Of a stretch of DNA of 64,000 bases, positions 27,095 to 41,161 are shown piece after piece; the first letter of the stretch is position 1, and each line of letters opens with the position of its first letter. Position numbers and translations under genes: made by a program. Source of the stretch: an uncultured Planctomycetota bacterium (GTDB lineage Bacteria; Planctomycetota; Planctomycetia; Gemmatales; Gemmataceae); the NCBI GenBank assembly GCA_963849325.1, contig CAWKHF010000005.1, positions 704,001 through 768,000 on the forward strand, written 5' to 3'. The notes under the pieces are model-generated. The model searched no databases. It worked only from the letters and a program-made list of their open reading frames with translations, and had not been told where the DNA came from.

Positions 27095-28910
27095 ATGCCC
27101 GCATCCAGAATCCCCGATTTGCTCCGCGCCGCTCCTCAGGTGCGGCCGGTACTCGACCGCTACGGGCTGCGCGGCTGCGGCGGACCCATGGGGCCGGCCG
27201 AATCTCTGGAGTTCTTCGCTCGCGCCCATGAAGTCTCCTTGCCGCGGCTGCTGGACGAGATCCGCGCGGCCTCGCGCCAGTCGGCCGCGCCGGCGCCGCC
27301 GGAGGAAGCTCCTTCCCTGGCCGATGCCATTTATCGGCCCTTCTTCAAGGCCGGCATCGCGGTTACGTTGACGCTGGGGGCGGTCTGGGGCGCCTACTTG
27401 CTCTTGCGGATTGCCTTCACCGGCTCGTTCCGGGCGGCCGGCTTGCACGAAGTCAACGCCCACGGTCATGCTCAGATCTTCGGCTGGGTGGGACTGTTCG
27501 TGATGGGCTTCGCCTACCAGGCCTTCCCGCGCTTCAAACACACAACCTTGGCTCGGCCTCGTCTCGCCTGGACCAGCCTGGTCCTCCTGCTCATTGGCCT
27601 GGTCGCCCGCTCCATCCTGGAACCGTTGGCCGGCGCCGTCGCCTGGGCCGGGACGGGGGCGGTTGCCGGCGCGGTGCTGGAGGTGGCGGCCATCGCCCTG
27701 TTCGTCTGGGTCGTCGTCGCCACCTGGCGAGGGTCCGGCAAACCGCTCGCCGTTTACGACTATTACATTCTCTGCGCGCTGGCCTGGTTCCTGGTCCAGG
27801 CGGTGTATGAGGCCGTTTACCTGGCGGCGACACTGCGGACGGCCGACGGCGAAGAGTTGATCCATCTGGTGGCGACCTGGCAAGGCGCCCTGCGCGACGT
27901 GCAGATCCACGGTTTCGCCTTGCTGATGATCCTCGGCGTCAGCCAGCGTCTTTTGCCCAACTTCTACGGCCTGCCCACGCTGAACCGGCGACTGAGCTGG
28001 CTGGGTCTCGCGGCGATCAACACGGCGGTCGTCGGCGAAGTCCTCGGCCTGGTCCTGCACCGCACGGCTGGACAGGCGTGGCTCGGATGGTGGTATGCCT
28101 CGACGTTGCTGCTGGCCGGCACGGTCGCCGCCCTGGTGTGGAACGGACGAGTGTTCACGGCGCAGGCGGAAGCCGACCGTTCCCTGAAGTTCGTGCGGGC
28201 CGCCTATGCCTGGCTGCTGCTGTCGCTGGCTATGCTCGTGCTGATGCCGGTTCACCAGCACGTCCTGCTGGCGTGGCTGGCGCCGGCGAGCGAGGCGGCG
28301 CGAATTCACTTCTCACACGCCTACTTCGGGGCCATCCGCCATGCCGTCACGGTCGGCTTCATCAGCCTGATGATCGTCGGCGTGGCCTCCCGCATCGTGC
28401 CCACGCTCAACGGCGTCGAGGCGGGCCGTCTGCCGCGCCTGCTCCTGCCGTTTGTGCTGCTCAACGCCGGCTGCGCTCTGCGCGTGTGCGGCCAGGTATT
28501 GACGGACTTCGTTCCCCAGGCCTTCCTCGTCACCGGCGTCAGCGGCGTGCTGGAGGTGTGCGGCCTGGCGCTGTGGGGTGTCCACCTGTGGCGCGATCAT
28601 GGCCGGCCATTACGGCGACGGACCCGAGCCGGAGAACGCCACGCTGGCGGGCGGAGCGCCGGTCGAGGCGCGGCACCGCGTCGGCGGCGTCCTCGATCAG
28701 GATCCCGAGTTGCTCGCCGTCTTTCTCGCCTTCGGTTTTCAGCCTCTGGCCAACCCGGTGCTGCGCCGGTCGCTGGCGCGTCGCCTCACCATCGCCCGCG
28801 CCTGTGCCATGATGGGCGTGTCAACGCAAGAACTGCTCGTGGCCCTCAACACCGCCCGCATGAGGCGGAAAGCGGGGCGAGTTCCGCTGTCGCTGTTGAC
28901 GAACGGCTGA
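27095..28910 (+). CDS. NnrS-like membrane protein with small N- and C-terminal DUF1858/ScdA-like domains, frameshift near 28595
   Basis: HGHAQIFGW, GAIRHAVTVGF, many TM helices; terminal domains with V..YGL.GCG...E.L...A..H and P.LL.VF..FGF..L.NP. Confidence 0.75.
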
Positions 28911-28985
28911 TCCCACCGGACAACGAGGTCGATCGGTCGGATACCGATCCTCCCGTCCATGAACCTCCTATGAGGAGCACTCCCC

Positions 28986-29411
28986 ATGTTTACCCATGTC
29001 ATTCTTCGGGCCATCCACGGAGACCGGGGACACGAAGAATTCGTCCTGGCGAACGGGCGAACCTACGTTCTCGGCCGCGCTACCAATTGCGCCATCCGGT
29101 TGCACTCGCCCCTTGTGTCGCGGCATCACTGCCGGTTCGACGTTCACTCTCCCTTCGTTTCCTTCCGCGATCTCGGCAGCCGCAACGGCACCCTCCTCAA
29201 CGGCGAGGACATCGGCCATCGTAGCAAGGATTGCACCGCCGAAGAGGCGGACAACGCCGCGTCTACGGAGCACATCCTCGAGGAGGGTGACGTAATCCGC
29301 ATTGGTGACAATCTCTTCTGGGTCGATTTTGGCGACACGCCGGAAGACGAGGCGCCGGAGAGCGAGCGGGAGCAGTCCCTGCGAGCCGGAGACGTAAGCC
29401 TGATGGCTTGA
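28986..29411 (+). CDS. FHA domain protein
   Basis: LGR...C......VSRHH...DLGSRNGT.LNG...GD.IRIG. Confidence 0.9.
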   Translation: MFTHVILRAIHGDRGHEEFVLANGRTYVLGRATNCAIRLHSPLVSRHHCRFDVHSPFVSFRDLGSRNGTLLNGEDIGHRSKDCTAEEADNAASTEHILEEGDVIRIGDNLFWVDFGDTPEDEAPESEREQSLRAGDVSLMA

Positions 29412-29488
29412 AACGTCGGCGTCGCAGTCCGCAGTGTCCGCGAGGGCTTTTCCTCGCGGACGCTGCGGACTCCGATGGATTGGCCAAC

Positions 29489-32400
29489 TCAATGATTGAA
29501 CTGGAACGCCTTCGAGTTGAGCAGCGCCCAGGCCAAATCCTGTGCCCCCGGCAGCCGCTTATCGACCGGCATCGGATGCTCGACGACAGCCTGACGCAGC
29601 CGCGGCAGTTCGGCGTCCATCGAGCGGTAGAAGTTGCTCAGCTCTGCTTTTTGCGGCGGCGTCCGCTGGGATGGATCGACGGCGAGGATTTTCACGATCG
29701 CCTCCGGCGGTCCTTTCAGCGACAAGGGCGTCTTGCTCGTCGTCAGCGATAGGCGGAAGCGGCCGATGTTGTGCTCCTTGCCGGGGAAGCTGCTGCACCA
29801 TCGTCACCGTCAGCGTCGCGCCGGCCGGCAGCGACAGAGGCGATGCCAGCTCGAACCAGGCCGTGTGCTTCTTGCCGAACTGCGGCATGATGGCCCAGCC
29901 GGTCGCCGGGTTGTTGTCGATGGCGTTGCCCACCGCGAAGCCCTGCTGCGCGAAGTCGGCCTGAGCGTTGCGCAGGGTGATCGGCTTGGGCTTCTTCTCG
30001 CCCGCCGGCGCGAACGCCAGCTTGAACTCGTTGAGGACGAAGTTGCCGTTGGGCGACCGGCCCGGACCCTTCGCCGGCAGGGATGGGTCGGACAGCACTT
30101 CCAGGCTGGATCGCCGTGATGCCGTTGAGCTTGGTTTGCGCCGTGATCGTGTACACCTCCGGCGACGGGTTCTTGCCGCTGGCCAGGATGGAGCCGTCCG
30201 ACTGCTTGGTCAGCGTCGCGCCGCCCTTGGAGGCGGCCTTGACGATCTCCAGCGGCGTCCACGTCGGCGGGACGGTGTGCTTGATGCCGTCCTCCCACTG
30301 CGCCTGCCGGGCGTCCAGACCCTTGTCGTAGGCGGCCAGGGCGTCCTGGTGCCGCTTCGCCTCGGTGATGAGCGTCTGATAAACCTGCCCCCCATCCCGG
30401 AGCGATTGCAAACCGACCTGCATCTCGTTCTTCGTCGGCAGACGGCCCAGGAAAGCGAGGAACATCTCCTCGACGACCTTGGCGTCGTTCTTCTCGGCCG
30501 CGACCAGCTTGGCGATGCGGTTCTTGGGGTCGTTGATGGCGTTGCCGACAACGGGCCGTTCACCAGGTTGAGGACCGGGCCGAACATCATGGTCGAGGAG
30601 CGCTCGCACTCGCAGGCACTCTCGCGGGCCGGCTTGCCGAACAGCACGAAGAAACCGCCCGGCACGTCGTCGCGCGAGTCGAGCATCTGCGCCGCCCGCG
30701 CTCCCGGCGGCAGGCCCGGCAGACGGCTCAGCGAGCCGGTCGCGCGATGGATGCTGTCGTACAGCACCTCCGCCGGCAGACGGCGGACCAGGGCGTGCGA
30801 GTAGTTGATGTCGTCGTCGCGGTTGAAAGCGTTGGTCCGCACCGACTGCTGATAGACGCGCGACTGGCAGATCGTCCGCAGCATGTGCCGGACGTCGAAG
30901 CCGCTCTTGACGAAATCGTCGGTCAGGGCGTCGAGTAGGGCGGGGTTGGTCGGCGGATTGCCGGCGCGGATGTCATCGACCGGCTCGATGATGCCAACGC
31001 CGAGCAGGTAGCTCCACAGACGATTGACGTAGCTCTTGGCGAAGTAGACATTCTCTTTCGACGTGACCCAGTGGGCCATCTGCTCGCGGCGGCTGGCGCT
31101 GGCCGGGGACACGTCCTTGTGCCGGTAGGGGAAGACCGGCGGCGCCACCTGGCCGGTGCGGATGTGGGTCTCTTCGCCGGACTTCTTGTCGGCGATGATC
31201 TCGACCAGCGGCGTCGCGCCCTGGACGGCCGTCCCGCTTCCGGCGACTTTTTGCCCCTTGAACTTGGGGTCTTCCTTGCGCTCGATCTGGGCGAAGAAGG
31301 CGGCGGTCTGGTAATACTGGTCCTGCGTCCAGCGCTCGAAGGGGTGATCGTGGCACTTGTTGCAGTTGAAGCGCACGGCCAGGAACAGCTGCGTCGTGTT
31401 CTCCATGACCGCGTCCGGGTCGCGCAGGACCTTGAAATAGCTGGCGGCCGGGTTGTCCATGTTGGAGCCGCTGGCCGTCAAGATGTCGTAGACGAACTTG
31501 TCATACGGCTTGTTGGCGACGATGGCGTCGCGGATGTATTTGCGGAAGGCGGCCGCCCCCGGTTCGCCGAGGAACTTGCGGTTGACTTGCAACAGGTCGG
31601 CCCACTTGTTCGTCCAGTGCTCGATGAACTCGGGATTGCCGATCAACTTCTCGACCAGGGCGTCGCGCTTGACGCGCGTCGGCCGGCTGTCGGCGAGGAA
31701 GGCGCGAACGTCCGACGGCTCGGGCGGTAGGCCGGTCAGGTCGAGGTAGATGCGGCGGATGAACTCGGCGTCGGTACACAGCTCGCTGGGCAGGATCTTC
31801 ATTTGCCGGAGCTTGGCATCGACGAGCTTGTCGATGTAGCCGTGCTCCGGGACGTCGTGCCACTGGTAGCCGTCGCGCTGGCCCATGATGACGAGGCCGG
31901 CGGCGGCGTAGGCGCCCTCGTAGCGGGCCAGGATCGTCGTCTCGCCGCGGCGCACGGCCGTCACGGTGCCGGCCCGATTGACCGTCGCCACCTCGGTATT
32001 GCTGCTCTCCAGGAACGCCTCGGCGCTGACGTCGCGTGTGCTGCCGTCGCTGTAGACGGCGCGGACGGCCATCTGCTGCTTCATGCCCGGCAGCGCGATG
32101 ACGGCGCTTTCGGGGCAGCACCTCGACGCTCTGGACGCGCGGAGCGTTCAGGTCGAGCTTGACGCCGTCGGCGATCCAGGCGCGCAGCAGGTCGTAGTAC
32201 GGCTCGCCCGGCTGCGTCAGCACGCCGCCGACGTGGGCGACGGTGCCGGTACACTTGAGCAGCATCAAGCTGGCGTCGGGAGCGGCCCGGTTGAAGCGGC
32301 GGCCCTTGAGATCGTCCGTCAGCGCCCGGTGGTCGAAGATCGGATCGTAGCCGCGCAGCGACAGTTTGAAGCCGTTCTTGCCCTTCTGCGCTCCGTGACA

Positions 32401-32827
32401 CGTTCCGGCGTTGCAGCCCATGCGCGACAGCGTCGGCATCACGTCGCGGACGAAGCTGACTTCGTGCTTGTCCTTCTGGCCCTTGACCTCGACGGGCAGC
32501 GTCAACGTCTGCTCTTGCAGGCGGATCGTCGAGGGCGCCGCGGCCGTTGGCGACGGGCCGCACGACGCCGGTGTCGTTGACGCGGACGAGCGGCGCCGGC
32601 GCCTCGATCTTCGCCAACCGCGTCACGTCGAGCTGTTCGCCGCCGGCGAGATGGGCGGTCAGCAAGAGCTGCGAATACTCGAAGGGCGTCTTCAGTTCGA
32701 CGCGCGGCGGATGCGCTTCGAGCTTGACGACGCGGGCGCCGGGCGGCAGCGCCTCGGCCGGCTCAACGGCGGTGGCCACGGAGGCGAGACAACCCAGTGT
32801 CCAGGCGACCAGAACGTATCGAGTCAT
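29489..32827 (-). CDS. DUF1549/DUF1553 protein with Ig-like domains, about five frameshifts
   Basis: GCNAGTCHG, FIRRIYLDLTG, CNKCHDHPFERW, NPPTNP.LL, RRL.AE, R.SACECER, DLAWALLNS..F.FNH in ORFs 32081-32839, 31501-32505, 30210-32084, 29743-30609, 29559-30098, 29489-29725. Confidence 0.88.
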
Positions 32828-32869
32828 GGCGGTCCTCATGTGATGTCAATGGTATTAGCCGTTTGCGGC

Positions 32870-34345
32870 TTAGCGCGCCCTGGCCGTCCGGGTCAGCGGC
32901 ACAGGGATGAATTCCTTGACGACCTTGCCCGTCTTGGCGTCGCTCAGACGAACCACGCCATCGAAGCCGGCCGAGGCGACCACCTGGCCGTCGGGCCGGA
33001 ACGACACCGAATAAATCGGCCCGATGCCGGTCAACTTCGAGACGACCTTGCCGTCGGCGGTCTGGTAGACGCGCAGCTCGCCTTTGCCGTCGAGGCTGCT
33101 GCCGGCCGCGAACTGGCTGCCGTCGGCGCTGAACGCCAGGGCGTAGAGCAGGCCAGGCATCTTCTCGTAGTCGCGGACCTTGTTGGCGTCATCGCCGATG
33201 ACGCGCTTGCTGGTGCGATGCATCTTGTACAGGCGCGGCACGCCGTCGTCGCCGCCGATGAGCAGTTCATCGTACCACTTCTCGCTCTGGTCGGTGCCCT
33301 TGGCGGTGTTCTTGACCTTGTCGTCGCGCTGGACCGGATTGCGGGCCACGGCCAAAAGGCCGCCCTTGAGCGCTCCCGGCGTGATGCTGGTGACGTTGTC
33401 GATGAAGCGCTGCGTCGCCACCTCCGTCAGCTTCACCGAGCGGTCGCGGCTGATGGACGCCAGGAACGTCGAATCTTTCGAGAAGACGGTGCCGAGCACC
33501 CAATCGCTGTGCGCTCCCTGGAAGAGCACCTGCTTGCCGGTATCGGCTTCGATGGCGCGGACGCTGTTGTCGGCGCAGCCGAAGGCGAGCTTGTCGCCGT
33601 CGTGCGACCAGCTGACGCCGTAGATGGTGTCATAAGTGATCGGCACGGACAGCTTCAGCTTGCGTCGGGCCACGTCCCAGACCTGGATCTCGCCGAAGCG
33701 GCCGGGCGCGCCGCCAGCGACGGCCAACCGTTTGCCGTCCGGCGAAAAAGCGATCGCCTCGATGCGCTCCGACAGGCCGACGAGCCGGCCAACCAGGCCG
33801 GAGCCATCGCCCTTGTGCAACAGGACTTCGTGATAACCGGAGACGGCCAGCAGGTTGCCATCGGGCGAGTAAGCGATGCAGCTCAGGCCCGGCGACACGG
33901 CGTAAACCGGCGGGTGTTCGGCGTCGATGACCAGCTCCTGCGTCCGGGGCGTATCGTTCTTGGCCCCGGCCGCGATCCATTTCCGGATGATCTCGATGTC
34001 GGCGGCGGGCAGAGGGGCTTTGCCCTTGGGCATGGCCGGCTTCTTGCCCTTCTTGGGCAGCAGTTGATCGACGACCATGCTCTGCTCGGGATGTCCGGGC
34101 ACGATGCCGGGCTGATCGTGATCGCCCTTCTTGAGCAGATCGGCATAGCCGGTCATGACGTAGCCGCCCTGCGGCTTGGCCGGCTGATGGCAGCCCTGGC
34201 AGTGCTGCTGGAAGATGCGGCGGACGTCCTTGTAGTAGCTGACCTCACTCGTCCCTTTCGGGTCGGTGGGTTCGGCGGCGGCGGTGAACGAGGCGGACAG
34301 CGCCAGCAATCCGCCGGCGAGGAGGAGAGATCGGCCCGAAATCAT
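32870..34345 (-). CDS. Planctomycete cytochrome c domain + WD40 repeat protein
   Basis: CQGCH heme motif, MP..K.PL...I..I..WI..GA; multiple FSPDG/WD repeats. Confidence 0.9.
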   Translation of the reverse strand: MISGRSLLLAGGLLALSASFTAAAEPTDPKGTSEVSYYKDVRRIFQQHCQGCHQPAKPQGGYVMTGYADLLKKGDHDQPGIVPGHPEQSMVVDQLLPKKGKKPAMPKGKAPLPAADIEIIRKWIAAGAKNDTPRTQELVIDAEHPPVYAVSPGLSCIAYSPDGNLLAVSGYHEVLLHKGDGSGLVGRLVGLSERIEAIAFSPDGKRLAVAGGAPGRFGEIQVWDVARRKLKLSVPITYDTIYGVSWSHDGDKLAFGCADNSVRAIEADTGKQVLFQGAHSDWVLGTVFSKDSTFLASISRDRSVKLTEVATQRFIDNVTSITPGALKGGLLAVARNPVQRDDKVKNTAKGTDQSEKWYDELLIGGDDGVPRLYKMHRTSKRVIGDDANKVRDYEKMPGLLYALAFSADGSQFAAGSSLDGKGELRVYQTADGKVVSKLTGIGPIYSVSFRPDGQVVASAGFDGVVRLSDAKTGKVVKEFIPVPLTRTARAR

Positions 34346-34618
34346 GAAGCATTCCTCGGTAAGCGCTCGTGAGACGTAGGGATCGCCGCAAACGGCTCGG
34401 TGGCAAGCCGCCCGCGGATTTCCTTCAGGGTGGAAGGCAGCGTGGAGGGCGGGTCGTTTAACTCTTGAGGATTATCTTCGCACATGGACGGTCGGCGTTC
34501 AAGGATTTTTCTGGCGGAGAGGAGAGTTTTTCCGAGGGCGCGGCGCGAACCGACATTCCCCGTCGCCACGGTGGCCGGTTAGAATGCCGGTGAATTCCGA
34601 ACAAGAGGAGTCTGAATC

Positions 34619-35182
34619 ATGGCCACCGTTGCGACCGCGATGACCACGGAAGAGATGCTCGCCCTGCCCGACAACGGCATGGAACGCTGGCTCATCGCCG
34701 GTGAACTGAGGGAACGTCCCATGACGGTACGCAATCGCTTTCACAGCCGCGCGATGATTCGGGTCGGGAAGTTTCTCGACAACTGGCTCGATGAGCAGCC
34801 CTCGCCGCGCGGCCAGATACTCGGCGGTGAGGCCGGAGTGCGGTTGAGCCACGATCCCGACACAACTGTGGGCGTCGATGTCGTGTACGTCTCCTCCGAG
34901 GTCATCGTCCGCCAGACGGGCGAGACAAGTCTGATCGATGGCGTGCCGACGCTGGCCGTCGAGATCCTCTCGCCCAACGACACCGTGGAGGACATTCATG
35001 AGAAGCTGACGGCTTACCGGCTGGCCGGGGTGCCGCTGGCCTGGGTGCTCGATCCCTACAACCGCACGGTGATGGTGCATCGGCCCGATGCCGAGCCGGA
35101 GCTGTTCAACGTCCGTCAGGAGCTGTCCGGCGAGCCGCACCTGCCGGGTTTCCGCGTGCCGGTCGCTCGTCTGTTTGAGTGA
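34619..35182 (+). CDS. Uma2-family putative endonuclease
   Basis: P.LAVEILSPND...K...Y..AGV...WVLDP...LPGF. Confidence 0.9.
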   Translation: MATVATAMTTEEMLALPDNGMERWLIAGELRERPMTVRNRFHSRAMIRVGKFLDNWLDEQPSPRGQILGGEAGVRLSHDPDTTVGVDVVYVSSEVIVRQTGETSLIDGVPTLAVEILSPNDTVEDIHEKLTAYRLAGVPLAWVLDPYNRTVMVHRPDAEPELFNVRQELSGEPHLPGFRVPVARLFE

Positions 35183-35210
35183 TGACCGCGAACTCTTTGT
35201 CTACCACAAC

Positions 35211-35264
35211 TAGCCCGGAGCGCAAGCGAGGGGAGGAAAAACCCGTCGCTTGCGCTCCGGGCTA
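35211..35264. repeat. REP-like palindrome (TAGCCCGGAGCGCAAGCGA family), copy 1
   Basis: Inverted repeat; related copy at 43982-44035. Confidence 0.85.
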
Positions 35265-35305
35265 ATATGTTTGAAAGTAGTTCCTGCGACCTACGGAGAA
35301 CAACC

Positions 35306-37979
35306 ATGCGTCGGCTCGGTCCCTATACCCTGGCCTTGTCCCTGCCCCTGGTCCTCGTGCTAACGACGAGCGGCGACGCGCCGGCGGAGCGGACGATCGC
35401 CTACCGCGGCGCCCGCATCCTGACTGCGGCCGGCGCTCCCATCGACAAGGGCGTCCTCGTCGTGCGCCGGGACAAAATCTTCGCCGTCGGCGCCGAGGCC
35501 GACACAGCCATTCCCGAGGGGGCGGAAGTCATCGATCTGACCGGCAAGACGATCATCCCCGGCCTGGTGGATACGCACTCGCACATCGGCATCTGGCCGC
35601 GTCCGCACGTGCCGGCGCACAACGACGGCAACGAGGGCAGCGGGCCGGTGCAGTCGAGCCTGCGCGCCCTCGATGCCATCCAGCCGGACGACCCCGGCAT
35701 TCGCATGGCCGTCGCCGGCGGTGTTACCACGGCCAACATCATGCCCGGCTCGGCCAACGTCATCGGCGGACAGACCGTCTACGTCAAACTGCGCGGCCGA
35801 ACCATCGAGGACATGCGCGTGCGCTCGCCGATGGTTCTGGGCGGCTTGAAGATGGCCAACGGCGAGAACCCCAAGCGTTGGAACTTCGAGGGCCGCAAAA
35901 TGGCGCCGGCCACGCGCATGAAGATCGCCGCCCTGCAGCGCGAGCAGTTCACCAAGGCCCGCGATTATCTGCGGCAGTGGCAGCGTTATCGCCAGGCCAA
36001 GGCCGAGGGCAAGGACGCGACGCCGCCCGAGACCGACCTCGGCCTGGAACCGCTCGTCGAGGTGCTGCAGCGCAAGCGCACCGTCCACTTCCACAGCCAT
36101 CGCGCCGACGATCTGATGACGGCGATCCGGTTGTCGAAGGAATTCCACTTCGAGCTAGTGTTGCAACACTGCACCGAGGGTTATCGCATCGTGGATGAGT
36201 TGGTCCGCGAGAAGATCCCGGTATCGCTGACGCTGGTGGATAGTCCCGGCGGCAAGCTCGAAGTGGCGGGCCTGCTCGAAGAGAACGCCGCCCTTCTCGA
36301 CAAGGCCGGCGTCCAGGTCGCCATCAACACGGACGATTCGATCACCGAATCGCGCTTCCTGCTGCGGACAGGCGCCATCGCCGTGCGCGGCGGCATGTCC
36401 GAGGCGGTGGCCCTGTGCGCTCTGACGATCAACGGCGCGCGCATGTTGCACCTGGACGATCGGCTCGGTTCGCTGGAGAAGGGCAAGGAGGCCGATTTCG
36501 TCGTGCTGTCCGGCCCGCCGTTTAGCGTCTACGCGCACGTCTTGCAAACCTACATCGACGGCCAATGCGTCTTCGATCGGAGCAAACAACAAGATTGGTC
36601 CTACCAGGTGGGCGGCTTCGCCCTGCGCCAGCGCGAACGACTGCCGAGGACGCCGTCGCTGATCAAGCCCCAGGCCGAAGCGGCTCTGCGCACGCCTATC
36701 CTCCGCGTGGGCCAGAAGCCCTGGAACCGCAATGTGCCGCGCTTCGCCATCCTGGCCTCAAGCCTCCACACGGTTAGCCACGGAACCCTCCACGGCGGCA
36801 TCGTCCTCGTCGAAGACGGCAAAATCAAGGCCGTCGGTCCCGCCGAGGACGTGAAGGTGCCCGATGGCTGGCCCATCCTGACGGCGGCCGTGGTGACACC
36901 GGGCTTGATCGACGCCCACACCGTCGTCGGTCTCTCGGGAGCGGCCAACGTCGGCGCCGACCAGGACCAGGACGAGATGAGCGATCCGAATCAGGCGGAT
37001 TTGCGCGTGCTGGACAGCTTCAATCCGCGTGAGCCGCTTTTGGAGTTCGTCTGCCGCGAAGGCGTCACCGTGGTCCACGCGGTCCCCGGCCGGGCCAACG
37101 TCCTCGCTGGGCAGACGGGCATCTTCCGCACCTCGGGGCGGACGGCCGAGAGCATGACCCTGCGCTTCCCGGCCGGTCTACTCGTCAATCTCGGCGAAGC
37201 GCCCAAGTCCGCGTACAGCAATCGCCAGCCGACGACGCGCATGGGCACCGCTGCTCTGCTACGAACGGCATTGACACAGGCACGAAATCACGCCCGCAAG
37301 CTCGCCGCCGCCAAGAACGACGACAAACGCCCGCCGCACAACCCGAAGCTGGAGGCGCTGGGTCTGGCCTTGCAGGGCAAGCTGCCGGTCCTCTTCGCCG
37401 CCCATCGGGCCGATGACATCAACACCGCCCTGCGCTTGGCCAAGGAGTTCCAGCTGCGACCGCGTTCTGGAGTTGGCGACGGAGGGCTATCTGCTGGCCG
37501 ATCGTCTGGCCGAGGCGAAGGTGCCGGTGGTGGTGCATCCGACCATGCAGCGGCCCGGCTCGATGGAGACGTATCACAGCCACCTCGGCAACGCGGCGGT
37601 GCTGGCCGATCACCACATTCCGCTGGCCATCGGCACCGGCTTTGAGGCGTACGTGCCCAAGACGCGCGTGCTTCGCCACGAGGCGGCGATAGCGATGGTC
37701 AACGGACTCGGCTACGACCGTGCCCTCCGTGCCGTCACCCTCGACGCCGCCCGTATCCTCGGCATCGACGCCGAGCGCGGCAGCATCGAGAAGGGCAAGA
37801 CCGCGGATCTCGTCTTGTTCGACGGCGATCCATTCGAGCACGCCACGCACGTAACGCACACGCTGATCGATGGTCGAGTCGTCTATGACCGTGGCGAGTA
37901 TCTGAAACTGCCGTTCGCTCGGCGGGCGATGCCGCTGACGGGCGGCAGCGGCGTCGGCTGCTGCCTGGGGATGTGGTGA
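35306..37979 (+). CDS. Secreted double-domain amidohydrolase, frameshift near 37460
   Basis: Two PGL.D.H motifs (PGLVDTHSH, PGLIDAH) and two GS.EKGK.AD.V motifs. Confidence 0.88.
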
Positions 37980-38038
37980 GAAGTGTCGGGTGCATAGGCG
38001 GGCACGGGGTTTGCACATCCATCCAATAGGTTCCCCGT

Positions 38039-38092
38039 TTCGCCGCGATGCGCAGCGGAGCGCGATGCGCTCCGCTGCGCGTCGCGGCGAAA
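38039..38092. repeat. REP-like palindrome (GCCGCGACGCGCAGCGGAGCGC family), copy 1
   Basis: Inverted repeat; copies at 39184 and 59572. Confidence 0.85.
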
Positions 38093-38120
38093 CGAAGTTC
38101 GTTTTGGAAAGGAGTGCGTT

Positions 38121-38650
38121 ATGAACCGTGCAATCGCACTGTTGACCGGAGCGGGCCTGGGTGCGGGGTTGATGTACTTTCTCGACCCTCGGGCGGGCCG
38201 GCGTCGTCGGACCACCCTACGCGATCGGACGATTCGCATGGCCCGCGAAACCCGCGAAGCGGCCCGAGTGATCTCCTGCGACATGAGGAACCGGTGCAGG
38301 GGCTGGCGGCCGGCGACTTGTCGGTGCTCGTCGGCGGTCGGCGGGCGCTGAGCAATCCCTTGCGCGGCGGCTGGTCACCGTCGGCGCGGGCCTTGATGAC
38401 CCTCGCGGGCAGTGGCCTGTTCCTGAGTGGGCTGACGCGAAACGCTCCAACGGCATGCGTCATGGGTACGGTTGGCCTGGCCCTGATCGCGGAGGGCGTC
38501 AGCAACATTCCCATCGAGGACATCCCGCACGTCCCGCAGAAGGTGGCCGGCAAAGTCACGGAGATGGCCGATCGGTTCGGTATTGGCGGGCGGATGTCAG
38601 CGGACGGACATGCGCGGCGAATGCCCCAGCCAGCCGGCGCAGGTGAGTAA
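38121..38650 (+). CDS. Membrane-associated hypothetical protein, frameshift near 38300
   Basis: AAAGGAG RBS; GAGLGAGLMYFLDP..GRRRR N-terminus; WSPSAR + TM hairpin in a second frame. Confidence 0.65.
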
Positions 38651-38808
38651 AAGTGTGTCCCCAAGCCGCTTGCGGCCTGGCGGTCTTCCCCGCCAGGCCG
38701 CAAGCGGCGAAGACGTTTCGGTCCCCATTTCCTGTTTGTGTTCCGGCCGGGCTTGCGTTAGACTCATCCCCGGATACATTTCCGGTCGTCCAGGGAGCAG
38801 GCTGCGTC

Positions 38809-39187
38809 ATGTCGGAACCGCCGTTCAAGCACGTGTGTTGCTCGGTGATTGTCCTTCGCATTGGGCCGGCCCAGTTGGTGGGCGAAGCTGTCGCCGACGC
38901 CATGCGCGAGGAGTTTTTGACTGCGCAAGCTGGTGGGGGCGCGGAATGTCGTGATCGATTTCCAGCCGGTGACGTACCTGTCCAGTTCCAGCTTTCGGCC
39001 GTTGCTGAGCCTGTTGCGCGAGGTGCGCGACGGGGGCGGACGCCTGGTGCTGTGCAACCTCAACCGCGACGTGCATGAGATCTTCAGCGTGACGCGCTTG
39101 ATCGCCACCAACGACTCGACGCCGGCTGCCTTCGAGGTACAGGCAGACGTGCCGGCCGCCGTCGCCAGCCTGCAACTCCCCGTTTAG
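38809..39187 (+). CDS. STAS-domain anti-sigma factor antagonist, frameshift near 38935
   Basis: VVIDF..V.YLSS....LL.L......GGRLVLCNL...V.EIF.VTRL. Confidence 0.85.
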
Positions 39188-39244
39188 CCGCGACGTGCAG
39201 CGGAGCGCGGGACTGTCCCGCGCTCCGCTGCGCGTCGCGGCTAA
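39184..39244. repeat. REP-like palindrome (GCCGCGACG family), copy 2
   Basis: Inverted repeat overlapping the STAS stop codon. Confidence 0.85.
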
Positions 39245-39433
39245 CCGAAGTCGTATCTGACGTTCCTGCCGTTCGCGCCTGTCGTACCGTGGCCTCTTTG
39301 GCGGGACGTCGAATCCGTCGATGATTTCCTTGTGAGGGAGGGAAGGAGTTCCTATAATCGGAATATGTCCTTTTGCCAAATGGATTGCCCAGCAGCCTGA
39401 GATGACTGTCATCCCTCGCCGGGGGTTCCCTGG

Positions 39434-41033
<1,600 letters not shown>

Positions 41034-41161
41034 TACCGGCCGTTCGCCGAAAATTCCTTCAAGAATTCGACGTCCCCGGTCGATACAGACGAGGAGCGGG
41101 TCGGCAATGCTCCCTCCGCGGGCAGCGTCCGCGCCCGCCTGGAACAGAGGAGACGCCGCCC

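Noticed and set aside
15769-34372. Long opposite-strand or alternate-frame ORFs (e.g. 15769-17397, 23828-25645, 32411-34372)
   Set aside because: Expected shadows of real genes in high-GC DNA; no domain motifs
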